A stretch of DNA of 43,326 nucleotides from a bacterium. Its GTDB lineage: Bacteria > Patescibacteriota > Minisyncoccia > Moranbacterales > UBA2206. Positions within the stretch are counted from its first letter, which is position 1. Every line of letters begins with the position of its first letter. The position numbers and the translations under genes were made by a program. The notes beneath the pieces were generated by a model. The model saw only the letters and a program-made list of their open reading frames with translations, made no database searches and had not been told where the DNA came from. The DNA is taken from assembly GCA_021785125.1 (NCBI GenBank), contig JAJYGF010000019.1, positions 1 through 43,326 of the forward strand. Direction: 5' to 3'. Of this stretch, positions 33,542 through 43,326 are shown one piece after another.

Positions 33542-36500
33542 ATGGATCCTATAACCAAAGTAAGTGATTTCAATAGCGTGAGATTGAAACTGGCCGGTCC
33601 TGACCAGATCTTGGAATGGTCTCATGGCGAAGTCACCAAGCCCGAGACAATCAACTACAGGACGCAGCGTTATGAGAAAGACGGTCTTTTCTGCGAAAAG
33701 ATCTTCGGACCTTCCCGCGACTGGGAGTGTTATTGCGGAAAATACAAAAGAATCAGATACAAAGGCATCGTCTGCGACAAGTGCGGCGTGGAAGTAACAA
33801 GATCGAGTGTCCGTCGCGAAAGGATGGGCCACATCCAATTGTCCGTGCCAGTTTCTCATATCTGGTTTTTGCGCGGCGTGCCTTCAAAGATCGGCTTGGC
33901 GCTCGGTATGAGTCCGCAAGAACTCGAGAAGGTCATTTATTTCTCAAACTACATCATCTTGAATGTGGATGAGAACGCGCGCGAGAAATCTTTGTCGCAA
34001 CTGGAGCAAGAGTTCAAATCGAAGCAGAAAGAGATAAACAAGCTGGAAGGTGATGCGAAAGACAAGAAGACCGAGGAATTGAAGGGCATTTATCGTACGG
34101 CCAAGGAAGAATTGAAAGACCTGCAAAGGTTCCAAATTATTTCCGAGATCGAATATTTCAATCTTTCCACCCGTTATGGCCAAGTTTTCACGGCCGGCAT
34201 CGGAGCGGAAGCTATCCGTAAGATTTTGGAAAATTTGAATGTGAAAGCTGAAATCGAGATTTTGAAAAAAGATTTGGAAAATGATGAGATTGTTGATAAG
34301 AAAAAAGTTTTGCGCCGGATCAAACTGTTTCAAGGATTTATCAATGCCGGACTCCGCTTAGAATGGATGCTGCCGACGATCATTCCTGTCATTCCGCCGG
34401 ATCTTCGTCCGATGGTGGCGTTGGACGGAGGACGTTTTGCAACTTCCGACCTCAATGACTTATATAGAAGAATCATCAATAGAAATAATCGTCTGAAAAA
34501 GCTGATCGAAATCGGCGCGCCGGAAGTCATCACCCGAAATGAAAAAAGGATGCTTCAGGAAGCGGTGGATGCTTTGTTTGACAACAGCGCTCGACGCGGA
34601 CAAGTCAGCGTCACGGCTTCGACCGGCCAGAGAAGAGCGCTCCGCTCTTTGGCGGACACATTGAAAGGCAAGCAGGGCCGCTTCCGGCAGAACTTGCTCG
34701 GAAAACGTGTCGACTATTCCGGACGTTCCGTAATCGTGGTCGGTCCGAAATTAAAATTGCACCAATGCGGATTGCCGAAGAAGATGGCGTTGGAGCTTTT
34801 CAAACCGTTCATCATCAACAAGCTTATTGAGAGAGAGCTGGCATATAATGTCAGAAGCGCTGGCAAAATGGTGGAGAGTGAAAGCGAGGAGGCATATGAA
34901 ATTCTGGATGAAATCATCTCGCATCACTATGTCATGCTGAACCGCGCTCCGACCCTGCACCGTCTTTCCATTCAGGCTTTTCAGCCAGTACTTATTGAAG
35001 GAAAGGCTATTCAGATCCATCCTATGGTGTGTTCGGCCTTCAATGCCGACTTCGATGGAGACCAAATGGCCGTCCATGTGCCGTTGACCGACAGAGCGCG
35101 CTGGGAAAGCGAGAATCTGATGTTATCCAAGAGAAATCTCTTGAAGCCGGCCAGTGGCGACCCTATCACCACGCCGACTTTGGATATGGTGCTCGGATGT
35201 TACTATATTTCTCATATTCTGAAAGGTGCCAGGGGAGAAGGAAAGGCATTTTCAAATTCCGACGAAGCGATCATGGCATATGAATTGGGGCAAGTCGATA
35301 TTCGTGCCGGCATAAAAGTCGTGATCGATGGAAAAGTTTTGGAAACTTCGATCGGACGCATCAAGCTCAATGAGATCATGCCTTCCGGAATCGAATTCAT
35401 TAATTATGAAATGACCAAAAAGGAACTTAAGGGCTTGGTGGCGCGAGTGTTGGAAGCGGCCGGTCCGGAAGAAACCGCCAATTTTGTCGATAAGATCAAG
35501 GATCTTGGATTCGCTTCCGTCACCAAATCCGGCATCAGTTGGGGAATGGAAGATTTGAGCATTCCGACTGCCAAGAAAAATTATTTGCAAGAGGCTGAAG
35601 AAAAAGTCGAAACTATCAAGCGGCAGTACAATATGGGACTTTTGACCGAGGATGAAAGAAAAAGCCAAGTGATTGAAATTTGGAACGGCGCCAAGAACAA
35701 AATTACGGATGCCGTCCGGAACGAGATCGACAAGGAGGGCCCGGTATATTCCATGGTATATTCCAAAGCCCGCGGTTCCGAATCGGTCGTCGTCCAGATG
35801 GCCGGCATGAAAGGTCTGATGGCCGGCCCGACCGGAGAAACGATCGAACTGCCGGACAAAAGCTGTTATAAAGAAGGCTTGAATGTGTTGGAATATTTCA
35901 TCTCCACCCATGGTGCCAGAAAAGGTATGGCCGACACTGCTCTTCGAACCGCGACTGCCGGATACCTGACCAGGCGTCTGGTGGATGTTTCTCAAGATAT
36001 CATCGTGCGCGAGGAGGATTGCAAGGACAAGGTCGGATCATATCTGTATAAAGAAGATTCAGACAGGATCGGACAAAGCTTTGCCAGCCGGGTGATCGGC
36101 CGGGTCGTTCTGGAAGATGTGGCTGATCCGAAAACAGGCAAAGTAATCGTTGGAAAAGGCGCGCTTGTGAATAAAGAACAGGGTGAAAAAATCGAGAAAG
36201 CCAACATTCCGCAAGTTAAGATAAGATCCCTCGTTTCCTGCAAAACTTCGCGCGGAGTCTGTCAGAAATGTTATGGATTGGATCTCGGCCGCGGCAATCT
36301 TGTCCAGCTCGGACAGGCCGTCGGTATCGTAGCTGCCCAAGCGATCGGCGAGCCGGGAACCCAGCTGACCATGCGTACCTTCCATGTCGGAGGTGTGGCC
36401 GGAACGGACATCACCCAAGGTCTGCCGCGTGTGGAAGAAATTTTCGAAGCCCGGCCTCCGAAGGGAGAATCCGTCCTGGCTGAAGTTGATGGAAAGGTCG

Positions 36501-37117
36501 TAGAGATTTCGACCGGAGATAAGACGATCGATATCAAAATTGAAGTTCAGGGCAAGACCAAGACTGTCAAAGAATATCAGGTTCCGCTCGGCAGCACGTT
36601 GAAAATCGCCGAAGGGGATCTCATCGGAAAAGGATCCAAGCTTTCTGAAGGAAACATCGATCTGAAGAAGTTATACAACACGATGGGTGCCGAAGCGGTG
36701 CATCGATATATTGTCCAAGAGATCCAAGAGATCTATGCTTCCCAAGGTGAAGGAATCAATGACAAGCATATCGAAGTGATCATCAAGCAGATGTTCAGCC
36801 GGGTGCAGATCACCGATTCCGGAAGTACAACTCTCTTGGTCGGCGATGTGGTCGAGAAAGACCAGTTCCGCGAAGTGAATGAGGCGGCGAAGGCTGAGGG
36901 CGGTGAGCCGGCGAAAGGTGAAGATCTGTTGCTCGGTATTACGAAAGTTGCCCTCTCGACAGAAAGCTTCTTGTCGGCCGCTTCTTTCCAGGAAACTGCC
37001 CGCGTCCTGATCAACGCGGCGGTCGAAGGCAAAGAAGATCAGCTCCGAGGATTGAAAGAAAATGTCATCATCGGAAAACTGATCCCGGCTGGAACCGGAT
37101 ACAGGCAAGAAAAATAA
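33542..37117 (+). CDS. rpoC: DNA-directed RNA polymerase subunit beta'
   Basis: Zn-finger [50 protein letters not shown]. Confidence 0.99.
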   Translation: MDPITKVSDFNSVRLKLAGPDQILEWSHGEVTKPETINYRTQRYEKDGLFCEKIFGPSRDWECYCGKYKRIRYKGIVCDKCGVEVTRSSVRRERMGHIQLSVPVSHIWFLRGVPSKIGLALGMSPQELEKVIYFSNYIILNVDENAREKSLSQLEQEFKSKQKEINKLEGDAKDKKTEELKGIYRTAKEELKDLQRFQIISEIEYFNLSTRYGQVFTAGIGAEAIRKILENLNVKAEIEILKKDLENDEIVDKKKVLRRIKLFQGFINAGLRLEWMLPTIIPVIPPDLRPMVALDGGRFATSDLNDLYRRIINRNNRLKKLIEIGAPEVITRNEKRMLQEAVDALFDNSARRGQVSVTASTGQRRALRSLADTLKGKQGRFRQNLLGKRVDYSGRSVIVVGPKLKLHQCGLPKKMALELFKPFIINKLIERELAYNVRSAGKMVESESEEAYEILDEIISHHYVMLNRAPTLHRLSIQAFQPVLIEGKAIQIHPMVCSAFNADFDGDQMAVHVPLTDRARWESENLMLSKRNLLKPASGDPITTPTLDMVLGCYYISHILKGARGEGKAFSNSDEAIMAYELGQVDIRAGIKVVIDGKVLETSIGRIKLNEIMPSGIEFINYEMTKKELKGLVARVLEAAGPEETANFVDKIKDLGFASVTKSGISWGMEDLSIPTAKKNYLQEAEEKVETIKRQYNMGLLTEDERKSQVIEIWNGAKNKITDAVRNEIDKEGPVYSMVYSKARGSESVVVQMAGMKGLMAGPTGETIELPDKSCYKEGLNVLEYFISTHGARKGMADTALRTATAGYLTRRLVDVSQDIIVREEDCKDKVGSYLYKEDSDRIGQSFASRVIGRVVLEDVADPKTGKVIVGKGALVNKEQGEKIEKANIPQVKIRSLVSCKTSRGVCQKCYGLDLGRGNLVQLGQAVGIVAAQAIGEPGTQLTMRTFHVGGVAGTDITQGLPRVEEIFEARPPKGESVLAEVDGKVVEISTGDKTIDIKIEVQGKTKTVKEYQVPLGSTLKIAEGDLIGKGSKLSEGNIDLKKLYNTMGAEAVHRYIVQEIQEIYASQGEGINDKHIEVIIKQMFSRVQITDSGSTTLLVGDVVEKDQFREVNEAAKAEGGEPAKGEDLLLGITKVALSTESFLSAASFQETARVLINAAVEGKEDQLRGLKENVIIGKLIPAGTGYRQEK

Positions 37118-37130
37118 TCTTCAAATAGAT

Positions 37131-37155
37131 CACTTAGACATCCGATGTCTAAGTG
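37131..37155. repeat. REP-like triloop palindrome (family D)
   Basis: CACTTAGACAT-CCG-ATGTCTAAGTG directly before the rpoC terminator. Confidence 0.6.
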
Positions 37156-37160
37156 CGATG

Positions 37161-37190
37161 AAAAAGGCGATTCGAAAGAGTCGCTTTTTT
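37161..37190 (+). terminator. rpoC terminator
   Basis: AAAAAGGCGATTC-GAAA-GAGTCGCTTTTTT. Confidence 0.85.
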
Positions 37191-37309
37191 AAGTTTGCTC
37201 TCCATACTCTCACTACTTTTTGCAAATCAAAAAAATAGTGTTAGTATAATAAAAGTAAGTTGTCGATGGTAAATAATGCAATTATCCTAATGAATTTATA
37301 ATATAACTC

Positions 37310-37507
37310 ATGAACATGATTAAAAAAATCCAACACTGGTTATGGTGGAAGTATCAAGTGAATATCCCAACAAGTCCAATCGTAATGCTTTTAATCATAG
37401 TTGTCCTCCTTGTTGTTTTAGTTATTTCTATTTTAATGAACCAAAGTGGCGGCAATTTTTCCGGACAAGCATCCGTAGCGCCTCCATCAGCTATTTTAAT
37501 TCGATGA
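37310..37507 (+). CDS. Small single-TM hypothetical protein
   Basis: IVMLLIIVVLLVVLVISILM segment. ATGA overlap with the next gene. Confidence 0.55.
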   Translation: MNMIKKIQHWLWWKYQVNIPTSPIVMLLIIVVLLVVLVISILMNQSGGNFSGQASVAPPSAILIR

Positions 37508-38061
37508 TTTATCCGGTTTGTCAAAACAGAAAAGGATTCACTCTCATTGAATTGTTGATGGTGATAGCAATCATCGGAATCTTGGCATCGATAATAATCG
37601 TAAATTTGAGCGGAGGCAAGAATAGGGCTGAGGATGCTTCCATAATTTCTTCGGCGGAATCAATTATGAAAGCGGCGCAGAATGATATAATATCATCTCC
37701 CCAGGATGCCGGAATGTGGAGCATTGGATGGTTGACCAACGTTTCTGACTGTTCGACCAAAATTTCATCGAACATACCCAATTATTCTCAACTGGTTGCA
37801 ACGTGCCAGTCCATAATCGATGCTACCGGATCAGCCTCATTGGCAGGCTATCCAAACTACAAGATGTTAATTACTCCTCCGCCCAATGGCACTAATGGAG
37901 GTTTGTCAATAATGGTTGTGTTGCCTTATGCTCAAAGATTTTATTGTATCGGATCAAACGGGGGATCTTCCAAAATGACATTGCTTGATTCGACTGGCTG
38001 TGGCACTAGCCTAAGCTGGCATTGTCCAGGATGTGCAAATGATCCCAGCGGCGGATTTTAA
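37504..38061 (+). CDS. Type IV pilin / type II secretion pseudopilin with N-methylation motif
   Basis: KG^FTLIELLMVIAIIGILASIIIVNL and C-terminal YCIGSNG Cys pattern. Start at ATG 37504. Confidence 0.9.
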   Translation: MIYPVCQNRKGFTLIELLMVIAIIGILASIIIVNLSGGKNRAEDASIISSAESIMKAAQNDIISSPQDAGMWSIGWLTNVSDCSTKISSNIPNYSQLVATCQSIIDATGSASLAGYPNYKMLITPPPNGTNGGLSIMVVLPYAQRFYCIGSNGGSSKMTLLDSTGCGTSLSWHCPGCANDPSGGF

Positions 38062-38170
38062 TGCTTCATTGGACTTTATTTGCAAATATGTTCTTCAGGG
38101 CAATTTCTTTTGTGAGACTCTAATTCAGAGGCAATTTTTATTTTGGTCGAATTATGATAAAATATTTACT

Positions 38171-40501
38171 ATGGGACGCAAAAAGAAAATCGACAAGGAA
38201 AAAGAGAAATTGGTGTCGGAAGACGGAAACAAGCTTGAATTCGACATCGCGGGCGATGCCAAAAGGAGCATAGCCGCGGTAATTTTTTTCGCTTTGGCGC
38301 TGGTAATTTTGCTCGGATTTTTTGGCGAAGCCGGCGTGGTCGGCGAGTCGCTTGGCAACGCGGTGGCGCAGATGATCGGATGGACCAAGTGGGTCTTTCC
38401 GATCTTCCTGATCATAGCCGGCGTCGTTCTGCTTCTGCGCAAAGAAACTTCTTTTTATGTCGCCAAACTGGCCGGCTTGTTTGTCGTCTTTTTGAGCCTG
38501 ACCGGATTTTTTCACATGTTCTTCGACGTGCATAAAATGGCTAAAATCGCCAAGGCCGGATCAGGCGGCGGATATGTTGGTTATGCCGTCGCTTATTTCG
38601 CCGTGAAATTTTTGGGGACGGCTGGAGGATTTGTTGTCCTCATTGCACTAATCCTGATCGGCATAATCATCGCTTTCAATTTTTCAATCAAGCATCTTGT
38701 CGAGAGATTGCTGGCAAAATCGGAAAACGTTGAGGAGGTGAAGGGGGTCAAAGTGGAAAAGGAAGAAAAGGAGGGAATAAAAGTGGCAAAGGAAGAGACG
38801 AAAGCGGAAGAGAAAAGATCGAAAGCGGACGAAAATATCGGCAAGATCGAATTTGTGGAAGGACCGGATCGGTATGTGGATGACAAGCTGTTCGACAAGA
38901 TTTCCGCCGGAGCGTCCGCCACCAAGAAAGTCTTGAGCAAAGCCAAGATGAAATTGAATCCGTCCGACGGGTGGGAATTCCCTCCGCTCGATCTTTTGGA
39001 GAAAAGCTCCGGCTTGGCCAAGGGTGGCGATGTTGAAAAAAATGCCGAGATCATTGAAAAAACTTTGCGCCACTTTGGGATCGAAGTGGAAAGGGGCGAG
39101 ATTTTGACCGGACCGGCCGTGACACAATACAGCTTCCGTCCGCCGGTCGGGGTGAAGGTTTCAAAAATTTTGGCGTTGCAAAACGACCTGTCGCTGGCTT
39201 TGGCGGCGCACCCGATCAGGATAGAAGCTCCGATTCCGGGCAAGTCTATGATCGGGATCGAAGTGCCGAACAAGATTTCCGCCATGGTCAGGATGCGCGA
39301 TATTTTGGAAAGCGAGGAATTCAAATATAGGAAGTCCAGCTTGACGCTGGCCTTGGGAGAAGATGTGAGCGGCGAATATATTTTCGGGAACTTGGAAAAA
39401 ATGCCGCATCTTATGATTGCCGGAGCCACCGGTACCGGAAAATCAGTTGGAATAAATTCCATCATCACCGCGCTTTTATATCAAAACTCCCCTAATGATT
39501 TGAAATTCATCATGGTAGATCCGAAGCGCGTCGAGCTGTCTTTGTATAACGGCATCCCGCATCTTTTGAGCGAAGTGATCGTGGAAAACGGCAAAGTGGT
39601 CAGCGCTTTGAAATGGGCGGTGGGTGAAATGGAAAGAAGATATCGCCAATTGCAGGATACCGGTTCGCGTGATATTGCGTCGTATAATGAAAAAGTGTCC
39701 GGCGGCAAAACCCGCAAAACCACTGATCCGGAAACCGGCGAAACATACGAACAGGAATTGGAAAAACTGCCGTTCATCGTGATCATCATCGATGAATTGG
39801 CGGATCTCATGGGCAGCCACGGCAAGGAAGTTGAGGGTGCGATCGTGCGGCTGGCGCAGATGGCGCGGGCCGTCGGGATCCATCTGATCGTTTCGACCCA
39901 GCGTCCGTCGGTCGAGGTCATCACCGGCTTGATCAAGGCCAACATCACCACGCGCGTCGCGTTCCAAGTGGCGACCCAGATCGATTCCAGGACCATCATC
40001 GATATGTCCGGCGCGGAAAAACTTTTGGGTAACGGCGATATGCTGTTTCTTTCGGCGAGTTCGCCGAAGCCGAAGCGCATCCAGGGCGTGTATGTCAGCG
40101 AATCGGAAGTCAAACGTGTCGTGAAATTCATACGCGATCAAAAACAGCCCGATGAGGCGCTCGAAATCGGCGAAGATATCACCAAGCCGACCGTCGGTGG
40201 AACTTTGGAATTCAAGGATTCGGATGAGGGGGGCGCGCAGGAAGATGATCTTTTCGAGGCGGCCAAAGCCGAAGTGGAACGTGCCGGCAAAGCCTCGGCG
40301 TCATTGTTGCAGCGCCGATTACGCGTCGGTTATGCGAGAGCCGCGAGACTTTTGGACATCCTGGAAGACAAAGGCATTATCGGGCCGGCTGACGGCGCCA
40401 AGCCGCGGGAGGTTTATACTGCCCAAAACACTCCGCATGAAGCGATAAATTACGATGATGCCATGGGTGACCAGGCAATGAGGGATAAATGGCAAATCTG
40501 A
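38171..40501 (+). CDS. ftsK: DNA translocase FtsK/SpoIIIE
   Basis: N-terminal TMs, PHLMIAGATGTGKS, IIIDELADLM, STQRPSV, gamma domain SLLQRRLRVGYARAARLLD. Confidence 0.98.
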   Translation: MGRKKKIDKEKEKLVSEDGNKLEFDIAGDAKRSIAAVIFFALALVILLGFFGEAGVVGESLGNAVAQMIGWTKWVFPIFLIIAGVVLLLRKETSFYVAKLAGLFVVFLSLTGFFHMFFDVHKMAKIAKAGSGGGYVGYAVAYFAVKFLGTAGGFVVLIALILIGIIIAFNFSIKHLVERLLAKSENVEEVKGVKVEKEEKEGIKVAKEETKAEEKRSKADENIGKIEFVEGPDRYVDDKLFDKISAGASATKKVLSKAKMKLNPSDGWEFPPLDLLEKSSGLAKGGDVEKNAEIIEKTLRHFGIEVERGEILTGPAVTQYSFRPPVGVKVSKILALQNDLSLALAAHPIRIEAPIPGKSMIGIEVPNKISAMVRMRDILESEEFKYRKSSLTLALGEDVSGEYIFGNLEKMPHLMIAGATGTGKSVGINSIITALLYQNSPNDLKFIMVDPKRVELSLYNGIPHLLSEVIVENGKVVSALKWAVGEMERRYRQLQDTGSRDIASYNEKVSGGKTRKTTDPETGETYEQELEKLPFIVIIIDELADLMGSHGKEVEGAIVRLAQMARAVGIHLIVSTQRPSVEVITGLIKANITTRVAFQVATQIDSRTIIDMSGAEKLLGNGDMLFLSASSPKPKRIQGVYVSESEVKRVVKFIRDQKQPDEALEIGEDITKPTVGGTLEFKDSDEGGAQEDDLFEAAKAEVERAGKASASLLQRRLRVGYARAARLLDILEDKGIIGPADGAKPREVYTAQNTPHEAINYDDAMGDQAMRDKWQI

Positions 40502-40548
40502 AATGATTTCATTTAGAATTTAAAATTTAGAATTTAAAATTTCCGGTT

Positions 40549-41577
40549 ATGGTCGGTTTTACCAAAAAAAGCGTCAGGAGCCTGACTTTGGGCGAAAAAC
40601 TCAAAAGTCTCCGCAACGAAAGAAGGATCACATTGGGCGAAGCTTCGCGCTTTACCAAGATCCAGCAGAAATATCTGGAGTATTTGGAAGAAGGCAACTA
40701 CAAAAAACTGCCGGCGGATGTCTATGTGAAAGGTTTTTTGCGTTCTTACGCTGATTTTCTCGGAGTGGAGGAAAAAATCCTGATAAGATTGTATGAAAAA
40801 GAAAAAGGCATCAAAAAAAATCTGGAAAAAACGAAGCCTGAAAATGTCAAGGTCCGCAAGCCGATAAATATTTCACCTTTCGTCTTTACGCCGAAAATTA
40901 TTGCTGTCTTTTTCGGCATCCTGCTGTTTTTGGGAGGATTTTTTTATCTGTACCGCGAAATGCGCGCTTTTTCCAACGCACCGAAACTGGTCATCTTGAA
41001 TCCGGATCCAAATACGACTTATAATGCCAATTCCATCACTGTCGAAGGCGTGACCGATAAAGACGCCAAGGTCTTCATAAATGACCAGCCGGTTTTGGTT
41101 TCCGATGGCGGCAGTTTTAACGAAGATCTGGCTCTTCAGTCTGGAGCAAATACGATCATAATCAAAGCGGTGAACCGTTTTGGCAAGGAAAGTTCGCAAA
41201 ACATGACGATCCGATCCAATTATCGGGAAGTGGCGGATAAAAGCGGTTCCGGCGGCAATCCCGATCCGTCATCCGGCAATTCTTCGGGCGGTTCCGATCA
41301 GAATCCAGCCTCGTCGGCGCCAAACGGCATCAGCCTAGACGTGAGCGTCGATCCTGGCCCGGTCTGGGTGAGCGTGGAAGCGGACGGCAATCCGGTTTTT
41401 TCCGGAACGATGCTGACTGGGGCCTCGCAGACATTTTCAGCTTCCGACAAGATCGTCATAAACTCCGGCAAGGGCAACGCGACGCATGTAAAATTCAACG
41501 GCAAGGACATCGGAACTTTGAGCAATGATCCCGGCCCGGTCAAGGACGTGACATTTACGAGAGACACGAAATATTGA
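40549..41577 (+). CDS. RodZ-like protein (HTH, TM, Ig-like domain, DUF4115)
   Basis: LGEKLK..R..YLEYLEEG.Y..LP..VYVKGFLRSYA, TM segment, L..GANTI.I.A, VWVSVEADG..GNA. Follows ftsK. Confidence 0.88.
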   Translation: MVGFTKKSVRSLTLGEKLKSLRNERRITLGEASRFTKIQQKYLEYLEEGNYKKLPADVYVKGFLRSYADFLGVEEKILIRLYEKEKGIKKNLEKTKPENVKVRKPINISPFVFTPKIIAVFFGILLFLGGFFYLYREMRAFSNAPKLVILNPDPNTTYNANSITVEGVTDKDAKVFINDQPVLVSDGGSFNEDLALQSGANTIIIKAVNRFGKESSQNMTIRSNYREVADKSGSGGNPDPSSGNSSGGSDQNPASSAPNGISLDVSVDPGPVWVSVEADGNPVFSGTMLTGASQTFSASDKIVINSGKGNATHVKFNGKDIGTLSNDPGPVKDVTFTRDTKY

Positions 41578-41694
41578 GCGGAAAGTTATCCACAGTTTTG
41601 ACTGAAAAAGTCTTTACATAAAAAAATAATTTTGATAAAATTAGAAATGTGAAGTGGGTGAATTCACAAAGAAGTAATTCTTGTGAATTTTTTT

Positions 41695-43326
41695 GTGTTC
41701 AGGGGAAAAATACAAACAAAAATAGCCGCCATCAGCAGAGAGAGAAATTTCGCAGTGAGACTTTTTGGCATTTTGGAATTGCTTGTCATTTCTTTGGCAT
41801 GGATGTTTTTGTCCGTGCTGTTTTATTTTCCGCGAAAACTGGTTGTCCGGATCAAAGCCAGAATTTATGCGAAAAAGCAAGTGAAGCTGGCCGGTGAAAA
41901 TAAAAGATTCCGTTGCATCGATCTGCGGGAGATGCGACCTGTCAAAGTTTCTCAAGGAGCTAAGCTCCTTGTGGCGGAAAAATTCCTAAAGCTTCGTTTT
42001 AGGAAAACGGAGAAATCATTCGAAGAGAGATGGGAGAAATTCCAGGAAGAGATCATCCATCTCGTCCATTTCCATGTCAGCAAGAAAGCGGGAAAGAAAT
42101 TCGCTTTCGATATTGCCATAGCATCTTTGATTTTGGTAGTCATCTTTCAGCTTTCGGACTTCGGCCAAGCGGCGACATACACGAACACGTGGACAACGAC
42201 CGCCGATTTCGATTCCAACGCTTCAACCATCGCCAAGGGCGGACAAAACTCCAGTCTGAATCTGCCGACAACCAAAAGCCCAGACTTGACTACGGCTTCC
42301 AATCAGGTGCAAATGACCCAAACTTCGGCGGTCAGAACCGAAAATTCATTCAATGATTTTTCCAAAGGCACCAATACCAATGTTGTCTTGGACAACAACG
42401 CGATCAAAAGCATGCCGACCGCGCTGGCAAACACATGGAGCGGCCCGGGAACGATTGGTGCTGGCGGACAAATGATTAGGAATAGAAATGACGATGATGT
42501 GTATGTTTTGCAAGGAAACGGTGGTACCGGCTTCTACAAATATTCCATTTCAGCCAATGCCTGGACTACGCTGACGGTTGCGCCTGGTGCTATCAATATA
42601 GGCGCCGCCATGATCAGAAACGGTTCCGACGACAGTATCTACGTGTCACAAGGCGGCAACGCTACCGGCTTCTACAAATACTCCATCTCCGGCAATGCCT
42701 GGACGACACTGACGGCTGTGCCGGGAGCGATTGGCGATAGCGGAACCATGATAAGAAACGGTTCTGACGACAGTATCTACGTGTCACAAGGAAACAATGC
42801 AACCGGCTTCTACAAATATTCTATTGCCGGCAATTCATGGACGACGTTGGCGGCCGTCCCTGGTAATGTATATACTGGCGCCGCCATGATCAGAAACGGT
42901 TCCGACGACAGCATCTACGTGTCACAAGGCGGCAACGCTACCGGCTTTTACAAATATTCCATCTCTGCTGGCACTTGGACGACTTTGACCGTCGCGCCGG
43001 GAGCAATCGGTGTGGGCGGCACCATGATCAGAAACGGTTCCGACGACAGCATCTACGTATTACAAGGCGGCAACGCTACCGGTTTTTACAAATATTCCAT
43101 TTCTGCCGGCACTTGGACGACTTTGACCGCCGCGCCGGGAGCAATCGGTGTGGGCGGCACCATGATCAGAAACGGTTCCGACGACAGTATCTACGTGTCA
43201 CAAGGCGGCAACGCTACCGGTTTTTACAAATATTCCATTTCTGCCGGCACTTGGACGACTTTGACCGCCGCGCCGGGAGCAATCGGTGTGGGCGGCACCA
43301 TGATCAGAAACGGTTCCGACGACAGT
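41695..43326 (+). CDS. Large surface protein with kelch-like beta-propeller repeats (3' end runs off the window)
   Basis: Not in the ORF track. Frame open from 41662 to the window end; start uncertain (GTG 41683 or 41695). Two hydrophobic segments, then 46-aa repeats MIRNGSDDSIYVSQGGNATGFYKYSIS...WTTL..APG. Confidence 0.85.
   Translation, partial: MFRGKIQTKIAAISRERNFAVRLFGILELLVISLAWMFLSVLFYFPRKLVVRIKARIYAKKQVKLAGENKRFRCIDLREMRPVKVSQGAKLLVAEKFLKLRFRKTEKSFEERWEKFQEEIIHLVHFHVSKKAGKKFAFDIAIASLILVVIFQLSDFGQAATYTNTWTTTADFDSNASTIAKGGQNSSLNLPTTKSPDLTTASNQVQMTQTSAVRTENSFNDFSKGTNTNVVLDNNAIKSMPTALANTWSGPGTIGAGGQMIRNRNDDDVYVLQGNGGTGFYKYSISANAWTTLTVAPGAINIGAAMIRNGSDDSIYVSQGGNATGFYKYSISGNAWTTLTAVPGAIGDSGTMIRNGSDDSIYVSQGNNATGFYKYSIAGNSWTTLAAVPGNVYTGAAMIRNGSDDSIYVSQGGNATGFYKYSISAGTWTTLTVAPGAIGVGGTMIRNGSDDSIYVLQGGNATGFYKYSISAGTWTTLTAAPGAIGVGGTMIRNGSDDSIYVSQGGNATGFYKYSISAGTWTTLTAAPGAIGVGGTMIRNGSDDS
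42472..43326 (+). repeat. 138-bp coding tandem repeat (6 complete units plus a partial 7th)
   Basis: Unit starts at 42472, 42610, 42748, 42886, 43024, 43162 and 43300. Confidence 0.95.

Noticed and set aside
37342-37503. N-terminal extension of the type IV pilin ORF
   Set aside because: The class III cleavage motif needs a short leader, and ATG 37504 fits.
41649-42356. Short track ORFs 41649-41897, 41641-41955, 41952-42143 and 42030-42356
   Set aside because: They overlap the long open frame that leads into the repeat protein.
42472-43326. Possible CRISPR array or DGR template/variable repeat
   Set aside because: The repeats are contiguous, in frame and have no unique spacers. Differences are not adenine-specific, and no cas or reverse transcriptase gene is in the window.
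1-43326. Alternative genetic code (TGA read as Gly, as in Gracilibacteria/Absconditabacteria)
   Set aside because: Conserved genes are full length in code 11, and ftsK, apbE and the rodZ-like gene end at TGA at expected positions.

Overview
A 43 kb chromosomal segment in the standard genetic code (TGA is used as stop). It is most likely from a Patescibacteria/CPR (Parcubacteria-like) bacterium. That assignment is inferred from the VirB2/TrbC-like pilin array behind an orphan solute-binding lipoprotein, a short IF-2, a minimal TsaB, tRNAs without encoded CCA and mostly SD-less A/T-rich leaders. Core genes: nfo, DHH/NrnA, rbfA, infB, nusA, ppa, tig, clpP, gpmI, rny, HU, FKBP, rpoB, rpoC, ftsK and a rodZ-like gene, plus four intact tRNAs (Ser-CGA, Pro-TGG, Gly-TCC, Gly-CCC). 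Accessory content: a six-gene pilin array with variable Cys-rich heads, a divergent pyrD-pyrC pair, an amidase, an ApbE/MsrQ-like flavinylation module, a type IV pilin, and the start of a large kelch-like repeat protein cut by the window end. The most unusual signal is a nested tRNA locus (5748-5982, minus strand): a tRNA-Ser(CGA) is split in its T-loop by a 146-bp insert with paired ends, and the insert contains a second, intact tRNA-Ser(CGA). Related insert ends occur at two other intergenic sites. Also notable are a duplicated promoter-plus-hairpin leader in front of two unrelated orphan genes that both start M-x-x-F-E, several families of triloop REP-like palindromes (some in frame inside protein linkers), and four perfect intergenic DnaA boxes.
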